64,000 nucleotides of DNA from Deltaproteobacteria bacterium (GTDB lineage: Bacteria > Myxococcota_A > Polyangia > Fen-1088), in NCBI GenBank assembly GCA_033763315.1, contig JANRKS010000005.1, forward strand, positions 32,001-96,000. Direction: 5' to 3'. Numbering within the stretch: the first letter of the stretch is position 1; every line of letters starts with the position of its first letter. The notes under the pieces were generated by a model, which saw only the letters and a program-made list of their open reading frames with translations, had not been told where the DNA came from and did not search any database. The translations under genes were made by a program, and so were the position numbers. Shown here one piece after another: positions 32,655 through 42,361 of the stretch.

Positions 32655-32800
32655 AAAAGTGTAGTAGAAAACGACCTTTAACAACATTTAATGTCTCTTA
32701 AAACGATAAAAAATGTTGTCATAAACGACAATTAACGTCGCAAACAATACGCGGTGAAGAAGCTGATAAAGTACTTTCACCCATGTTTTCAGTTGTTTAC
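32655..32800 (-). promoter_or_regulatory. AT-rich promoter/operator region of the NTase pair
   Basis: Strongly AT-rich; three aaacga boxes near 32669, 32701 and 32724; ttgtc..gacaa inverted repeat. Confidence 0.45.
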
Positions 32801-32834
32801 ACGGCGATTTGCTCAGATGACGCAAGTGCAAATT

Positions 32835-33447
32835 CAGTTCGACCGCGAGGAATCGCGGAAGAGCTTCAAGGCGAAGCCTCGATCAACAAGCTGCGTGGCA
32901 CGTTGAACGTGTGTGCGGTGAAGGCTCCGGCCTTTGGCCAACGCCGCAGGGAAATGCGGAAGGACGTTGCCATCCGCACAAAGAGAAGCTGCAAGTGCGC
33001 TTGGCCAAATTTGTTGGCGGTGTTGCGGTGATCAAGGTCAGCGCTGCCACCGAAACCGAAATGAAAGAGAAAAATGCCCGCGTGGAAGACGCGCTGAACG
33101 CAACGCGCGCAGCCGTTGGAGAGGGCCAGCGCGTGGGCGTGAACATCGTTCGTCGCGCCATCGAAGAACCTTGGCGCCAAATCTCTGCCAACGCTGGCAA
33201 AGAAGGCAGCATCATCGTTCAGCGGGTCAAAGAAGGCAAAGGCGGCTTCGGCTACAACGCAGCCACCGATACCTTCGAGGACTTGCTTGAGGCCGGCGTT
33301 ATCGACCCCACGAAGGTCGTGCGCTCGGCTTTGCAAAACGCCGCTTCAGTGGCTTCGTTGCTCATCACAACGGAAGCGCTGATCGTTGAGAAGAAGAAGG
33401 ACGAGGCTCCTGCCGCCGGCGGCGGTGGCGGCGGTCACGAACACTAA
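32835..33447 (+). pseudogene. groEL: groEL remnant 2 (3' half with several internal deletions)
   Basis: Patches matching groEL about 7522-7534, 7690-7828, 8024-8165 and 8250-8568. Confidence 0.95.
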
Positions 33448-33481
33448 GATCTAAGCGCTCGTAAGGGCGCGTTGGATTTGC

Positions 33482-33518
33482 AAAACGGCGAGTGGCCTTC
33501 GGGCGGCTCGCCGTTTTT
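33482..33518 (+). terminator. Duplicated groEL terminator
   Basis: aaaacggcgag...ctcgccgttttt, near-identical to 8604-8640. Confidence 0.85.
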
Positions 33519-33534
33519 GCGTGTTTCGCCTGGC

Positions 33535-33583
33535 CTTCTCGTTCATGGTCGCTCCCTATTCTTGCGACTGAACGTGTCCGGTT
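33535..33583. repeat. 49-bp junction element X, copy 2
   Basis: 46/49 identical to 10673-10721. Confidence 0.9.
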
Positions 33584-33712
33584 CAGGATTTCGGGTAACG
33601 ACCACGTCGGAAAGACCTACGACACAACATTACAACTCCTGGGCCATCATCGCTGTGGGGTACAAGGTCAAGTCGGACTCGTAGTGCAGTTTCGCCAGTT
33701 GGCCGCAGAATT

Positions 33713-34531
33713 TTGCTCAGGCACCGTCAGGACCACCATCAAAGTCTCGAGACCGGTTTGGACTACAAGATGGCGCCTGCCACCCGGCCAAAGATTACGC
33801 ACGACAACGGACACCTTGTGCTCGGTCGCCGCGAACCTGTGGCCGGCGACTACGCGGCACTTGCCAAGTGGCGAGCGATGTTGAATGTGGGCGAGACGCT
33901 CCGCCCCGATCTTACTGACGCTTTGGCCGCATACCGCCACTTCCTTGATGGCGGCGGGAAGCCTAGGGTCTTCAGTTACGAACGGTACGTGATGTCCGAC
34001 GTCTCGGGGCAGACAACGCTTTGGAATGCCATTCTTGACTTTCAGGACGCCACTCAACGCATCTACCTGAAGGACCCCTCCCAGTATCAGTTTCCCGTCA
34101 CGGGTAATGCGATTCCTTGCGGAGCCCCCGCAGGCAAGTATCCGTATCTGTCGGCGATGTTCCCGTACCCATCGACCGAGAATTGGCAGAAGGCGATCGG
34201 TGCTCACCAAATCTGGATTAGTGGTGAAGTCAAAGCGCACAAAGCCCCAAATTCAAACGGGGAAGTTCTCTTCGAAGCAATAATGATTCTGCACGCAGAA
34301 GATCGTTACAACTTCAACGTGAGTGATGCCGATATCGCCACCGGCCTTCCCGATTCGGACAACGGCAGGTTCGAGCGGGTAGGGTGGGGCCATCAATACG
34401 ATCACTTCTCTACTTTGCAGCGATACCTAAAGTGGAAAGGCTTCACGTTGGGAGTGGCCGTTGCTGTTAGCCCCAACACCACAAGGATGCGGCAACCTAA
34501 AGACAACCGCCGTCTCCGAAATCGGCTGTGA
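33713..34531 (+). CDS. Hypothetical protein, possible toxin/effector domain with damaged 5' end
   Basis: Conserved-looking core YPSTENWQKAIGAH..HAEDRYNFN..DIATGLPDSDNGRFE; no good start codon. Confidence 0.55.
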   Translation: MLRHRQDHHQSLETGLDYKMAPATRPKITHDNGHLVLGRREPVAGDYAALAKWRAMLNVGETLRPDLTDALAAYRHFLDGGGKPRVFSYERYVMSDVSGQTTLWNAILDFQDATQRIYLKDPSQYQFPVTGNAIPCGAPAGKYPYLSAMFPYPSTENWQKAIGAHQIWISGEVKAHKAPNSNGEVLFEAIMILHAEDRYNFNVSDADIATGLPDSDNGRFERVGWGHQYDHFSTLQRYLKWKGFTLGVAVAVSPNTTRMRQPKDNRRLRNRL

Positions 34532-35025
34532 TGCGTCTGTCAACCGTCACAGTATTCATCGGCGCAATCACTGCAGCAGCCGCGTGCAAGAGCCCCGATA
34601 CAAACAAGGTCGAAGCGAGGCAATCGAAGATGTCGATCAGTGAAGACGTGAAGCGACTGGAACACTTCATTAGGCTGCCTGCCCCGCCAGACGGTGTGCG
34701 GTGGCTTAAAGAACCACAGCCGGGAGGCGGCGACTTGAGTTTAACCGCCGCTCTGCGCTTTGGCCCCCAGGCGATCGCAAAGGTATTGGAAGGCTCACAG
34801 CCCTTCGATGTTCAACCCATTGTGCGCATCTCTCGTGAGCTCGCCGTAGCATTGCTTCCCGAGCCGCTTCACAAAGGCCTTGGCGACGGGGCGACCGTGG
34901 CTGTTCCAGGCACGGCCGTTCAGCCGAACTTGTTCATCAGCCCGGAGACATCATCCTTCATTCATGGGCGCGCCGTAGTGATGAAGGACGAAGGGATCGT
35001 CCTGCTAAGCCTCTTCACAATGTGA
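34528..35025 (+). CDS. Lipoprotein, possible immunity protein
   Basis: Lipobox AAAC; GTGA overlap with the upstream gene. Confidence 0.6.
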   Translation: MMRLSTVTVFIGAITAAAACKSPDTNKVEARQSKMSISEDVKRLEHFIRLPAPPDGVRWLKEPQPGGGDLSLTAALRFGPQAIAKVLEGSQPFDVQPIVRISRELAVALLPEPLHKGLGDGATVAVPGTAVQPNLFISPETSSFIHGRAVVMKDEGIVLLSLFTM

Positions 35026-35108
35026 CGTATAAGGCCGTCTAGTCTAGCGCTGTGGGAAAGACGGATGTTGCGGTCATGAGCTCGATCAGGGCCGCTACTT
35101 TGTGCTTC

Positions 35109-35271
35109 CAACGCGCGTGGGCGTGAACATCGTTCGTCGCGCGATCGAAGAACCTTGCCGCCAAATTCGTCACTCATCACAACCGAAGCGCTGATCGTTG
35201 GGAAGAAGAAGGACGAGGCTCCTGCCGCCGGCGGCGGTGGCGGCGGTCACGAACACTAAGATCTAAGCGCT
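35109..35271 (+). pseudogene. groEL: groEL remnant 3 (about 8250-8303 joined to about 8482-8578)
   Basis: Direct match including the stop codon and start of the downstream hairpin; shares private variants with remnant 2. Confidence 0.92.
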
Positions 35272-35334
35272 AATGCATATGGACCGCTCGCGGACCCAGA
35301 TGCAATTCCCGGCGCCTTCACCAATTGGAAATAT

Positions 35335-36723
35335 TCAAGGTTTATCGACTCGGAATGCCGTCGGATCGATTCCAAAGCGACGAAGCCACTTCCAGACCAA
35401 CGTTCGCTGACGACCAAGCTCGCGAGCAGCGGCAGCCACATCACCCCCGGTTTTCCGCAGTATGGCCTCGATCTCCTGCGCGCTCGGGGACTCCCGAAGG
35501 CTTCCAGTCGAACGAGAATTCTCCAGGCTCTCAACCGCGACTTTCCGCTCCCCTGGGTCGGTCCACCCGGCAGGGAGGTTCTCCGCCTGGATGACCTGCC
35601 CATCGCCAACGGAGGCCGCGGCGTAACGGATCCGATGCCACAGCTGTCGAATATTTCCTTCCCAGGAAGACAGAAAGAGACATCGAACGGCTTCGTTGGA
35701 AAGTGTCTTTCCCAGCGGTGCGAGGAACAACGCGGCCAGTACGCCCACGTCCTCAATGCGCTCCCGAAGAGGGGGCAACACGATCGGCTCGGGTCCCAGT
35801 CGGTTCGCAAGATCTGGTCGAAGACCACGACCGTCGTTACCAACAGCCAAGTTTCGGCGGTGCGAGGCACCGATGATGCGGGTATTTACCTTGACGGGAG
35901 CCGTACCTCCAAGCGGCGTAAACGATCGGTCTTGCAAAAACCGAAGCAGCTTGGCCTGTACGCCGAAGGACGATTCGCCAAGTTCGTCAAGAAACAGCGT
36001 CCCGTCGCGCGCCAGTTCAAGCAACCCCAGTTTGTGCTCCCGCGCGGCCGAGTGGGCGCCCCGCCGAAATCCAAACAATTCACTTTCCACCAACGGCTCG
36101 GGAAGCGCAGCACAATTGAGTGCAACGAATGATCCCTTGCGCCCGGAAAGCATATGAACAGCCCGAGCCAACACCTCTTTTCCCGTCCCTGTTTCCCCGC
36201 TGATGAACAGATCCAGGTCCGCGTCAGCCAAACGTTTGACTTTTTGATACGTGTGCGCGGCGGCGATCGAGAAGGTGGGTGTACCCGTGGTTGGTCTTCC
36301 ACATTCATTCCGTAGCACCGCGATTTGTTCCGCATTCAAATTACGGAGGACAAATACTTGCGAGCCCGTGAAGATAATCGATCCCTCTTTCAGCGCCGTC
36401 GGTGAGTAAATGGTTTTCCCATCAACAACCGTTCCATTTCGGCTACCGAGGTCCTCAATCGTCCATTCTCCTCCATACTTCTTGAACCGGACGTGCTCGC
36501 GCGACAGCTTTGGATCCAGCGCTAATCTGGGTTCCTCCTCTCCAGTTGAACGACCCAAAACGAGCCCATCGCAAAGCGTGAACAGTCTCGGACCGAGATG
36601 AGCATCAAGGGCGGCGTGGCCAGACCAGGCCAGAACAAGATACGGGAGCTTTATCCCCGCGACGGGTGAGCTTTTGCTTTTTCCAGTACTCGTCTTCGTG
36701 GTGGCGAATTGCGGTTGCGTCAT
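35335..36723 (-). CDS. FHA-domain sigma54 enhancer-binding protein
   Basis: FHA (LGR, LSREH, DLGSRNGT), GETGTGKE, ELFG..GAHSAA, GTLFLDE, C-terminal HTH. Confidence 0.9.
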   Translation of the reverse strand: MTQPQFATTKTSTGKSKSSPVAGIKLPYLVLAWSGHAALDAHLGPRLFTLCDGLVLGRSTGEEEPRLALDPKLSREHVRFKKYGGEWTIEDLGSRNGTVVDGKTIYSPTALKEGSIIFTGSQVFVLRNLNAEQIAVLRNECGRPTTGTPTFSIAAAHTYQKVKRLADADLDLFISGETGTGKEVLARAVHMLSGRKGSFVALNCAALPEPLVESELFGFRRGAHSAAREHKLGLLELARDGTLFLDELGESSFGVQAKLLRFLQDRSFTPLGGTAPVKVNTRIIGASHRRNLAVGNDGRGLRPDLANRLGPEPIVLPPLRERIEDVGVLAALFLAPLGKTLSNEAVRCLFLSSWEGNIRQLWHRIRYAAASVGDGQVIQAENLPAGWTDPGERKVAVESLENSRSTGSLRESPSAQEIEAILRKTGGDVAAAARELGRQRTLVWKWLRRFGIDPTAFRVDKP

Positions 36724-36920
36724 CTCCGTCCACCTTGCCCGCGGTTAGCCCGCACCACATCAATGTGGAAATCACAACCACACGGAGGTGGATTGCCAAT
36801 GGCCACTTTTACGCAAGAAAAGACCATGTTATTACGGTACTTTCATTGAGGGCGAGAGCACTCATCACTTATGACTGGTCTGTTCAGCGGAGGATCCGAC
36901 GCCACATTCGAACCCGTGGA

Positions 36921-39095
36921 TTACTGAAACTCGAAACCGAACACGCCTGCCAGTTTCGTGCGTTCGGAATCCTTGTAAACCTCCAGAATCGTTCCCTGAA
37001 TCGGAGTTACATTCCGTTTCGCCTCGGGATCGTACGTCGAAATCGCTCTGACCTGGGTACCTGGTTTCAGATTGGCAGCCTCGTACGCGGGCACCACGGT
37101 GTCGGGTATTTGGGTGACGCGGGTTTCGTATCCCTTGAGCGTGCAGATCTCTTCATGTCGAGGGAATGCCTTGCCGTCGAGAAACTCCCAATACGCGATT
37201 TTATCTGTATATCGACAGTCGTAGACGGGCGCCTTGTACTTCTCGGCCTTGAACGCGACAACGGCGCCAGCACCCTCCTTTTTAACGGACGCAACAGCGC
37301 CGTCAGGCGTGTAAGCCTTGTCCAGCGCATCCTTCATGTGGGCCGTAAACGTAATGGCTGTCTGACTGGGTTTTCTCGGCAGATTGAATCGATCGAGCAA
37401 GGCGTGAATCCACGGAGGTGGACTCACCGCGCTGCTTGTACAAAAGCCATGAGACCGAAACGGAATATCCGTGCGATCAGCCTCCAACAAAGTCAGGAGC
37501 TTCATCGACTCGGTGCAGGCGGCCGCCCTCGGTCCCCCGCCGGCGATATTGTCGGACAAAAGGTTCTGATACATTGAAGCAGCGCTGGCACGGAATCCAT
37601 GTGCTGCATTGCACGCAACGAGCGATGCCACAATTTGCGAACCTACCGTATCACCGGATGCCGCCATGAAGTTATCAAGCGACTTCACCTTCTTTGACCT
37701 AAGGTATTTGCCGAATATATCCGTCAGCACACCGTGGCAATCGCCGAAAGCTTTCGCGACATCGCGACGGCTGTTTTGTGCTTGCGCGAACTTCAGCTGG
37801 TATTCACCGACCCGATCAAGAGCGGATTTGTTGGCCTTGTAGTTCGCGTCCCAGTCCTTGAACGCCTTCGCCGGGGCGTCGACCAGTACATCCTTCAAAT
37901 CTGGAATTTTTTTGATGAGCGCGTCCGCCTGTCTGGTGGTCTGTTCGGCCACCGTCGCCACGTACGATAGCGACTTGAATGCATTCCAGTAAAGGCGTTC
38001 GGGCAATTTGAGCGCAGACAGTTCCCTGGATATTTTGGATCGGTTCAGGTTGCGCATTTCGACGGAGCACGACGCCATCTCGCCGACGGCCCCGGTGTTG
38101 TCCCAGGAGAAAGTCGATGCGTTTCGACCAATTTCCAGGCTGTGCAGACATCGCCCGACGTAGGCTGCTTTCAATATCTCCGAACCTGGATTGGCGAACC
38201 GATTCAGCGCGATCCAGGACGAAGCTTCCCCCATTTGCTTTCGCAACACGTCGTCTTTGAGACAACCTGTAGCCCACGCAACGACGTCCGCGGTCGCCGA
38301 TTGTTGGGGGTCTCCTTTCGGCGTGGGTTCTTTATAGGTCTTGCACGCCATCTCGTCGTCCGACGCGGTTTTGGGTCCCAACGCCAACGGAGCTCGTTTC
38401 GTCTTGAGAGCCCAGGACAGGAACGCACGGTTGTCAGCTTCCGAGAATCCGAAGGCATTACTGATAACCTGGCGGCCAATGGCAACCCAGGCCTGCATGT
38501 TCTTGTTGTCGGGACGTACGCACGACGACCACGCGAGTATGTGCGCATCCCAATCCGGAATATCGTAGAAGTTGTCTTCCACCTCCGGGTTATCCTCCGC
38601 GATCAATTTCAAAGCCGAATCGTCCGGTGCCCAGCCTCTGTCGAAGAATTCGCTGTCGGGCGCAGGATAGTCAGGGTTGTTGCGCTCTTTCTTTGAAGGA
38701 CACCACGTGGGCGCCATCGGCTTGATCTGTTCAACACCAGCGCGCGGCTTGACCCAGGCCTCCGGCTTCGGCGGTTTGTCATACTCGGGACTGAGGGGTT
38801 TGATCCCTCCCGCTGCGTGTTCGATCGCTGCCGGATCGCCACCGGCACTCGCGATTGTCGAGCCGGATGACGGAACCTTTCCAACGCTTGCTGTTGCCGC
38901 CGAAGGCGCACCGCTCGGAACCAACGGTGTCGACATCGGCGATGATTTCTGGCCCGACTTGCCTTTGAGAATCGCGGCCGCGTCGAACGCACAGCCGGAG
39001 GTACCCATCGCCAGCGCAGCGACCGCGGAAAATACGAACCAAAGACAGGAACAACGTGCGGTTCGTTCGAACGTGCCAAAGCGGGGTGAATACAT
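36921..39095 (-). CDS. Large hypothetical lipoprotein
   Basis: 724 aa ORF, lipobox TSGC, paired cysteines. Confidence 0.7.
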   Translation of the reverse strand: MYSPRFGTFERTARCSCLWFVFSAVAALAMGTSGCAFDAAAILKGKSGQKSSPMSTPLVPSGAPSAATASVGKVPSSGSTIASAGGDPAAIEHAAGGIKPLSPEYDKPPKPEAWVKPRAGVEQIKPMAPTWCPSKKERNNPDYPAPDSEFFDRGWAPDDSALKLIAEDNPEVEDNFYDIPDWDAHILAWSSCVRPDNKNMQAWVAIGRQVISNAFGFSEADNRAFLSWALKTKRAPLALGPKTASDDEMACKTYKEPTPKGDPQQSATADVVAWATGCLKDDVLRKQMGEASSWIALNRFANPGSEILKAAYVGRCLHSLEIGRNASTFSWDNTGAVGEMASCSVEMRNLNRSKISRELSALKLPERLYWNAFKSLSYVATVAEQTTRQADALIKKIPDLKDVLVDAPAKAFKDWDANYKANKSALDRVGEYQLKFAQAQNSRRDVAKAFGDCHGVLTDIFGKYLRSKKVKSLDNFMAASGDTVGSQIVASLVACNAAHGFRASAASMYQNLLSDNIAGGGPRAAACTESMKLLTLLEADRTDIPFRSHGFCTSSAVSPPPWIHALLDRFNLPRKPSQTAITFTAHMKDALDKAYTPDGAVASVKKEGAGAVVAFKAEKYKAPVYDCRYTDKIAYWEFLDGKAFPRHEEICTLKGYETRVTQIPDTVVPAYEAANLKPGTQVRAISTYDPEAKRNVTPIQGTILEVYKDSERTKLAGVFGFEFQ

Positions 39096-39281
39096 GGTGA
39101 TTTTCCTTCAGAAGATTTTTTTTGTGCCAGTTTAATGGGCAGTTAGAAAAATAATTACTCTTACTATTTATATGGCGATGTGTGGGCAAATGGCATCGAT
39201 TCATGTGACTGCTATGACGCCGTCATTCATGACTACCTGACCTGCTTCCTCGAGATTCAGAGTCCGCCGCGCGGCACCTCG

Positions 39282-39297
39282 TGCAGTGGGTGTGCCA
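39282..39297 (-). promoter_or_regulatory. Putative sigma54 (-24/-12) promoter
   Basis: Bottom strand TGGCAC-ACCCA-CTGCA (GG-N10-GC), facing 39095. Confidence 0.6.
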
Positions 39298-39383
39298 GTT
39301 TTGGGCGCGATCGGCGTTGAGCCACATCCCCCGTTTCAGTCGTGCGTGGGTAGCAGCGCAGCCGAAATCTCAGGGGAATCGAC

Positions 39384-39421
39384 CGTATCCGGATACGTAT
39401 CCGGGATACGCTTGTGATACG
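39384..39421. promoter_or_regulatory. Overlapping palindromes / GATACG repeats, candidate upstream activating sequence
   Basis: cgtatccggatacgtatccgggatacgcttgtgatacg, about 90-125 bp upstream of the sigma54 site. Confidence 0.5.
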
Positions 39422-39462
39422 CACACGGCCGTCGTAACCAATCGAAAACGCGATCCGTTACG

Positions 39463-40305
39463 ATGGCATTCAGATTGCTCTTGCTCCAATCCATGCGACG
39501 ACAAACGAGATGGCTACGCGCAACGGTATTGGCAGTTTGTGAGTTGGCGGCGTTTCCAGTTGGAAGTGCGCTTGTGGGAGGATGCTCGGTCCAAGATAAC
39601 GGTCTCGAAGACGTCCAGGCAGGCACGGACGCGGGTGAACCGATCACGAAAGAGAGAACGTCTCGGCGGGACGGGAGGGAAGGCGAACGGGGTGATGTAT
39701 TGCTTATGCCCCCCGGCCCGGTCGTTCCTGTTCCAGAGCAACCGTACGACGGCGGCCTGACGATCGTGCCAGAACCAGTTTCACCACCCGACGCGGACCT
39801 GAGGCCCCCTCCCTCCAAAGATCCCGTACCCGAACCGCCTCCAGTCCTCCCCGTTTTTCCTGATCCCACTTTGCCGAACCTGGTAATCAACGGGAACTTC
39901 GAGCGGGATCTTTCGTCGTGGACCGACTTGAACAAGCAAGTACGCGTCGCTGCTGGCGTTGGCGTTAACCACTCAAAAGCGGCGAAGATCGATCCCACGT
40001 CCAATCCCGGCGGGGCAACCTGGGACGCGTTGGGCCAGATTTTTGTCGTGGCGCCCAACACCACTTATTCTGTCGGCGGCACGGCTTCGTCGTCAGTGGG
40101 CAACGGAGCGGTTATATCCTTCGAGGTGGGCTACAGCGACGGAACAAAGACCCCGGTAACCATTGAAATCGGCACTGAATTCAAAGTTTATCGAGCGACC
40201 ATTAAGACCAAAGGCAATCCTTCGTGGGCGTCGATGCAGATACGCCACCACGGCGGCGGGGGCATCGTGATTGTCGACGAGGTTTTCTTGCAGCCGAAAA
40301 ATTGA
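39463..40305 (+). CDS. Lipoprotein with Pro-rich linker and CBM4/9-like domain
   Basis: VGGC lipobox; NLVINGNFE..W, VAPNTTYSV, IVDEVFL. Confidence 0.65.
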   Translation: MAFRLLLLQSMRRQTRWLRATVLAVCELAAFPVGSALVGGCSVQDNGLEDVQAGTDAGEPITKERTSRRDGREGERGDVLLMPPGPVVPVPEQPYDGGLTIVPEPVSPPDADLRPPPSKDPVPEPPPVLPVFPDPTLPNLVINGNFERDLSSWTDLNKQVRVAAGVGVNHSKAAKIDPTSNPGGATWDALGQIFVVAPNTTYSVGGTASSSVGNGAVISFEVGYSDGTKTPVTIEIGTEFKVYRATIKTKGNPSWASMQIRHHGGGGIVIVDEVFLQPKN

Positions 40306-40859
40306 AGGTCCGGCTTCAGTTAGGCATTGGAATCGGAGTCGTCGAACAGGCCTGTCAACAAGACTGGGACACAAAACACGTGAATCTGGTGTAGTAGAGG
40401 TTCGTCGTTACGGCTGTGGCTTTTGCCAAGCCCCAAGTCGTCGAAAACTTCTTCCATTGCTTTGGCCCTCATTGGCGAGCCTCACGTCCACACCTCCCTT
40501 GGAGCACGTGCAACCAAGCGCGGTACGGCAAAGCAAGGCAGGTGATGACAGTTCGTACTTCATTGAGGCCTTTGCGTTGCCCAGGGTCGGTTTCGATAAG
40601 AGGGCGATGAAAGAGTATCGAGAACCCGCACATCTCTCAGGGCGGCACAGACCCCCAAGCTACCTATCAAGCTGCTGCGAGCGACGACGTGCGCGCTATT
40701 GCTCTAAGTGGGTATGCAACTGCGCTCGTCGCGGGGCTAGGTCATCACGTCGTACTCGCACCACAATATAGGTGTCGCGCTTCTCGTCAATCCTGACCTT
40801 TGTGCCCGTCAACTTAGAAGAGTTGCTTCGCTGTTCGGTGCTTGCAAAAGTTTGAGTTT

Positions 40860-41096
40860 GTTTTTCTCACGACGCAGCCCATGAGAGATCTGCTGCTGCT
40901 TCCCCTCCTTCCTAGCCCGTCCGCCGCGGAGACAAAGGACACGATTGAACGGAACAAAACGGCCTTTGCGGGCGCAGGTGTCGGCTGGGCGGATGCACAA
41001 GTGATCCTTACCGCAGCTGGCGCCGGCGCCAGAATTCACACCTCGGACCGGGCCGTCAGAAAGGTGTGTCGAAGCCTGCGCGTTTCACTGGCTTGA
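40860..41096 (+). pseudogene. C-terminal fragment of a VapC/PIN toxin
   Basis: AGAGVGWADAQVI..RIHTSDRAV; N-terminal DT motif absent. Confidence 0.55.
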
Positions 41097-41278
41097 GTGT
41101 CGACCTCAGTCACTTTGTTGACTCTTTCGCTTTGCTGTCCCGCCGTCCCACTCATCTTGGCGGGGTGCAGACCCGCTCGCAGCAAGGGTGATGCGCGTTA
41201 GGTGCAGCGGATGTGGTTGCGCACGAATTTGCAAAGCCGCCACATAGACCGGTGCTTCGGGTGTTACGTTGCGCCCTT

Positions 41279-42361
41279 ATGACCCGGGTTTGGTGTGCCC
41301 ACTTCACAACGGCAAGCGCCGCGGCCGCGCTGGCAAGCCTCGTCTTTGCCTGCGATGGCCCATCGAACAGCCTGGCCCTCATGCCTGGCGACGCATCCTC
41401 AAAGCCTGCTGCTGTTGACGCGCGAGACGCTGCAGACACCGACGATGGCCCGCCTGACATCCTCGACGCAGGCAAAGTGGCGGTCGACGCTGCCATTGGT
41501 GATGCTTTGGGCAACGATGGGGGCGGCGAAGCGGAAGAAGTGATCGACGCCGCGTGTGCCGCGGTGGCCAGCGCGACGTGCGGCAAGCTTGAAGGGTGTG
41601 CAGCCCGGCTTTTCACTCAGCGCTACGCCGGAGGACAAACGTGCCGGCAGGCCGTGGCCTGGGAATGCGAGAACACCCTTCGATCGTCGGGCGTTCGCTG
41701 GAGTGTTGCCATGGCACGTGAGTGTGCACAGCGAACGGCAGGGCTGTCCTGCGACTCTTGGTTTGCGCAAGGGTTACCCTCCGAATGCGAGATCGGCGCG
41801 GGTTCGTTGGAAGTGGGCGCGCCCTGCCGAACGGCGGTGGCAGGTCAATGCAAGGCGGGAACTCGGTGCGCGGTTGTTGAAGGCGGGTGTGGCGTCTGCA
41901 AAGCCACCCTCGCCGTTGGCGCCGACTGCACCGATTGGAGCTTGGGTTGCGTTGACCAGGCCACGTGCGTAAGAGAGCTCGCCGGTCAAGCGCGGTGTGA
42001 AGCCTATGCGCGTCCAGGCGAAAGCTGCGACTTGCGAACGGCCTGTGTCAACGAGGTCGTTTGCCTGGCGGGCCGCGCAAGCTGTGTCACTTCCGTGCAG
42101 TGCAGTGGCAACGAATGTCGTCATGCGGTTGCCCAAGAGGGCGACAATTGCAAAGACCGCCCGTGCGATCCACGACACGCGTTGGTGTGCAATCAATTCA
42201 CTTTCCGTTGTGAAGCGGACGTCGCATGTTCGGATCCAGCCGGGTGTGCAGGCAGGCTTGAGCTAGGCAAGGCGTGCGCGAAGCCTTGGGACTGCGTGGC
42301 TCCGGCCAGCTGCGTTGGCGGACGTTGCGCGTTGCCAGCGAGCAGCAATACCTGCGGCTAA
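41279..42361 (+). CDS. Cysteine-rich lipoprotein
   Basis: LVFAC lipobox; many G..C..C repeats. Confidence 0.7.
   Translation: MTRVWCAHFTTASAAAALASLVFACDGPSNSLALMPGDASSKPAAVDARDAADTDDGPPDILDAGKVAVDAAIGDALGNDGGGEAEEVIDAACAAVASATCGKLEGCAARLFTQRYAGGQTCRQAVAWECENTLRSSGVRWSVAMARECAQRTAGLSCDSWFAQGLPSECEIGAGSLEVGAPCRTAVAGQCKAGTRCAVVEGGCGVCKATLAVGADCTDWSLGCVDQATCVRELAGQARCEAYARPGESCDLRTACVNEVVCLAGRASCVTSVQCSGNECRHAVAQEGDNCKDRPCDPRHALVCNQFTFRCEADVACSDPAGCAGRLELGKACAKPWDCVAPASCVGGRCALPASSNTCG

Noticed and set aside
32911-33447. 178-aa ORF as a second functional or mini groEL
   Set aside because: No proper start, frameshifted 5' part, internal deletions and missense changes; treated as a remnant
10741-35271. 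groEL copies as pure assembly artefacts
   Set aside because: The copies have distinct substitutions, distinct deletions and shared derived variants, unlike collapsed identical repeats; read confirmation is still advisable
40300-40330. GTTAGGC after a stop codon as an integron attC end
   Set aside because: No matching RYYYAAC inverse core or hairpin, and no intI in the window
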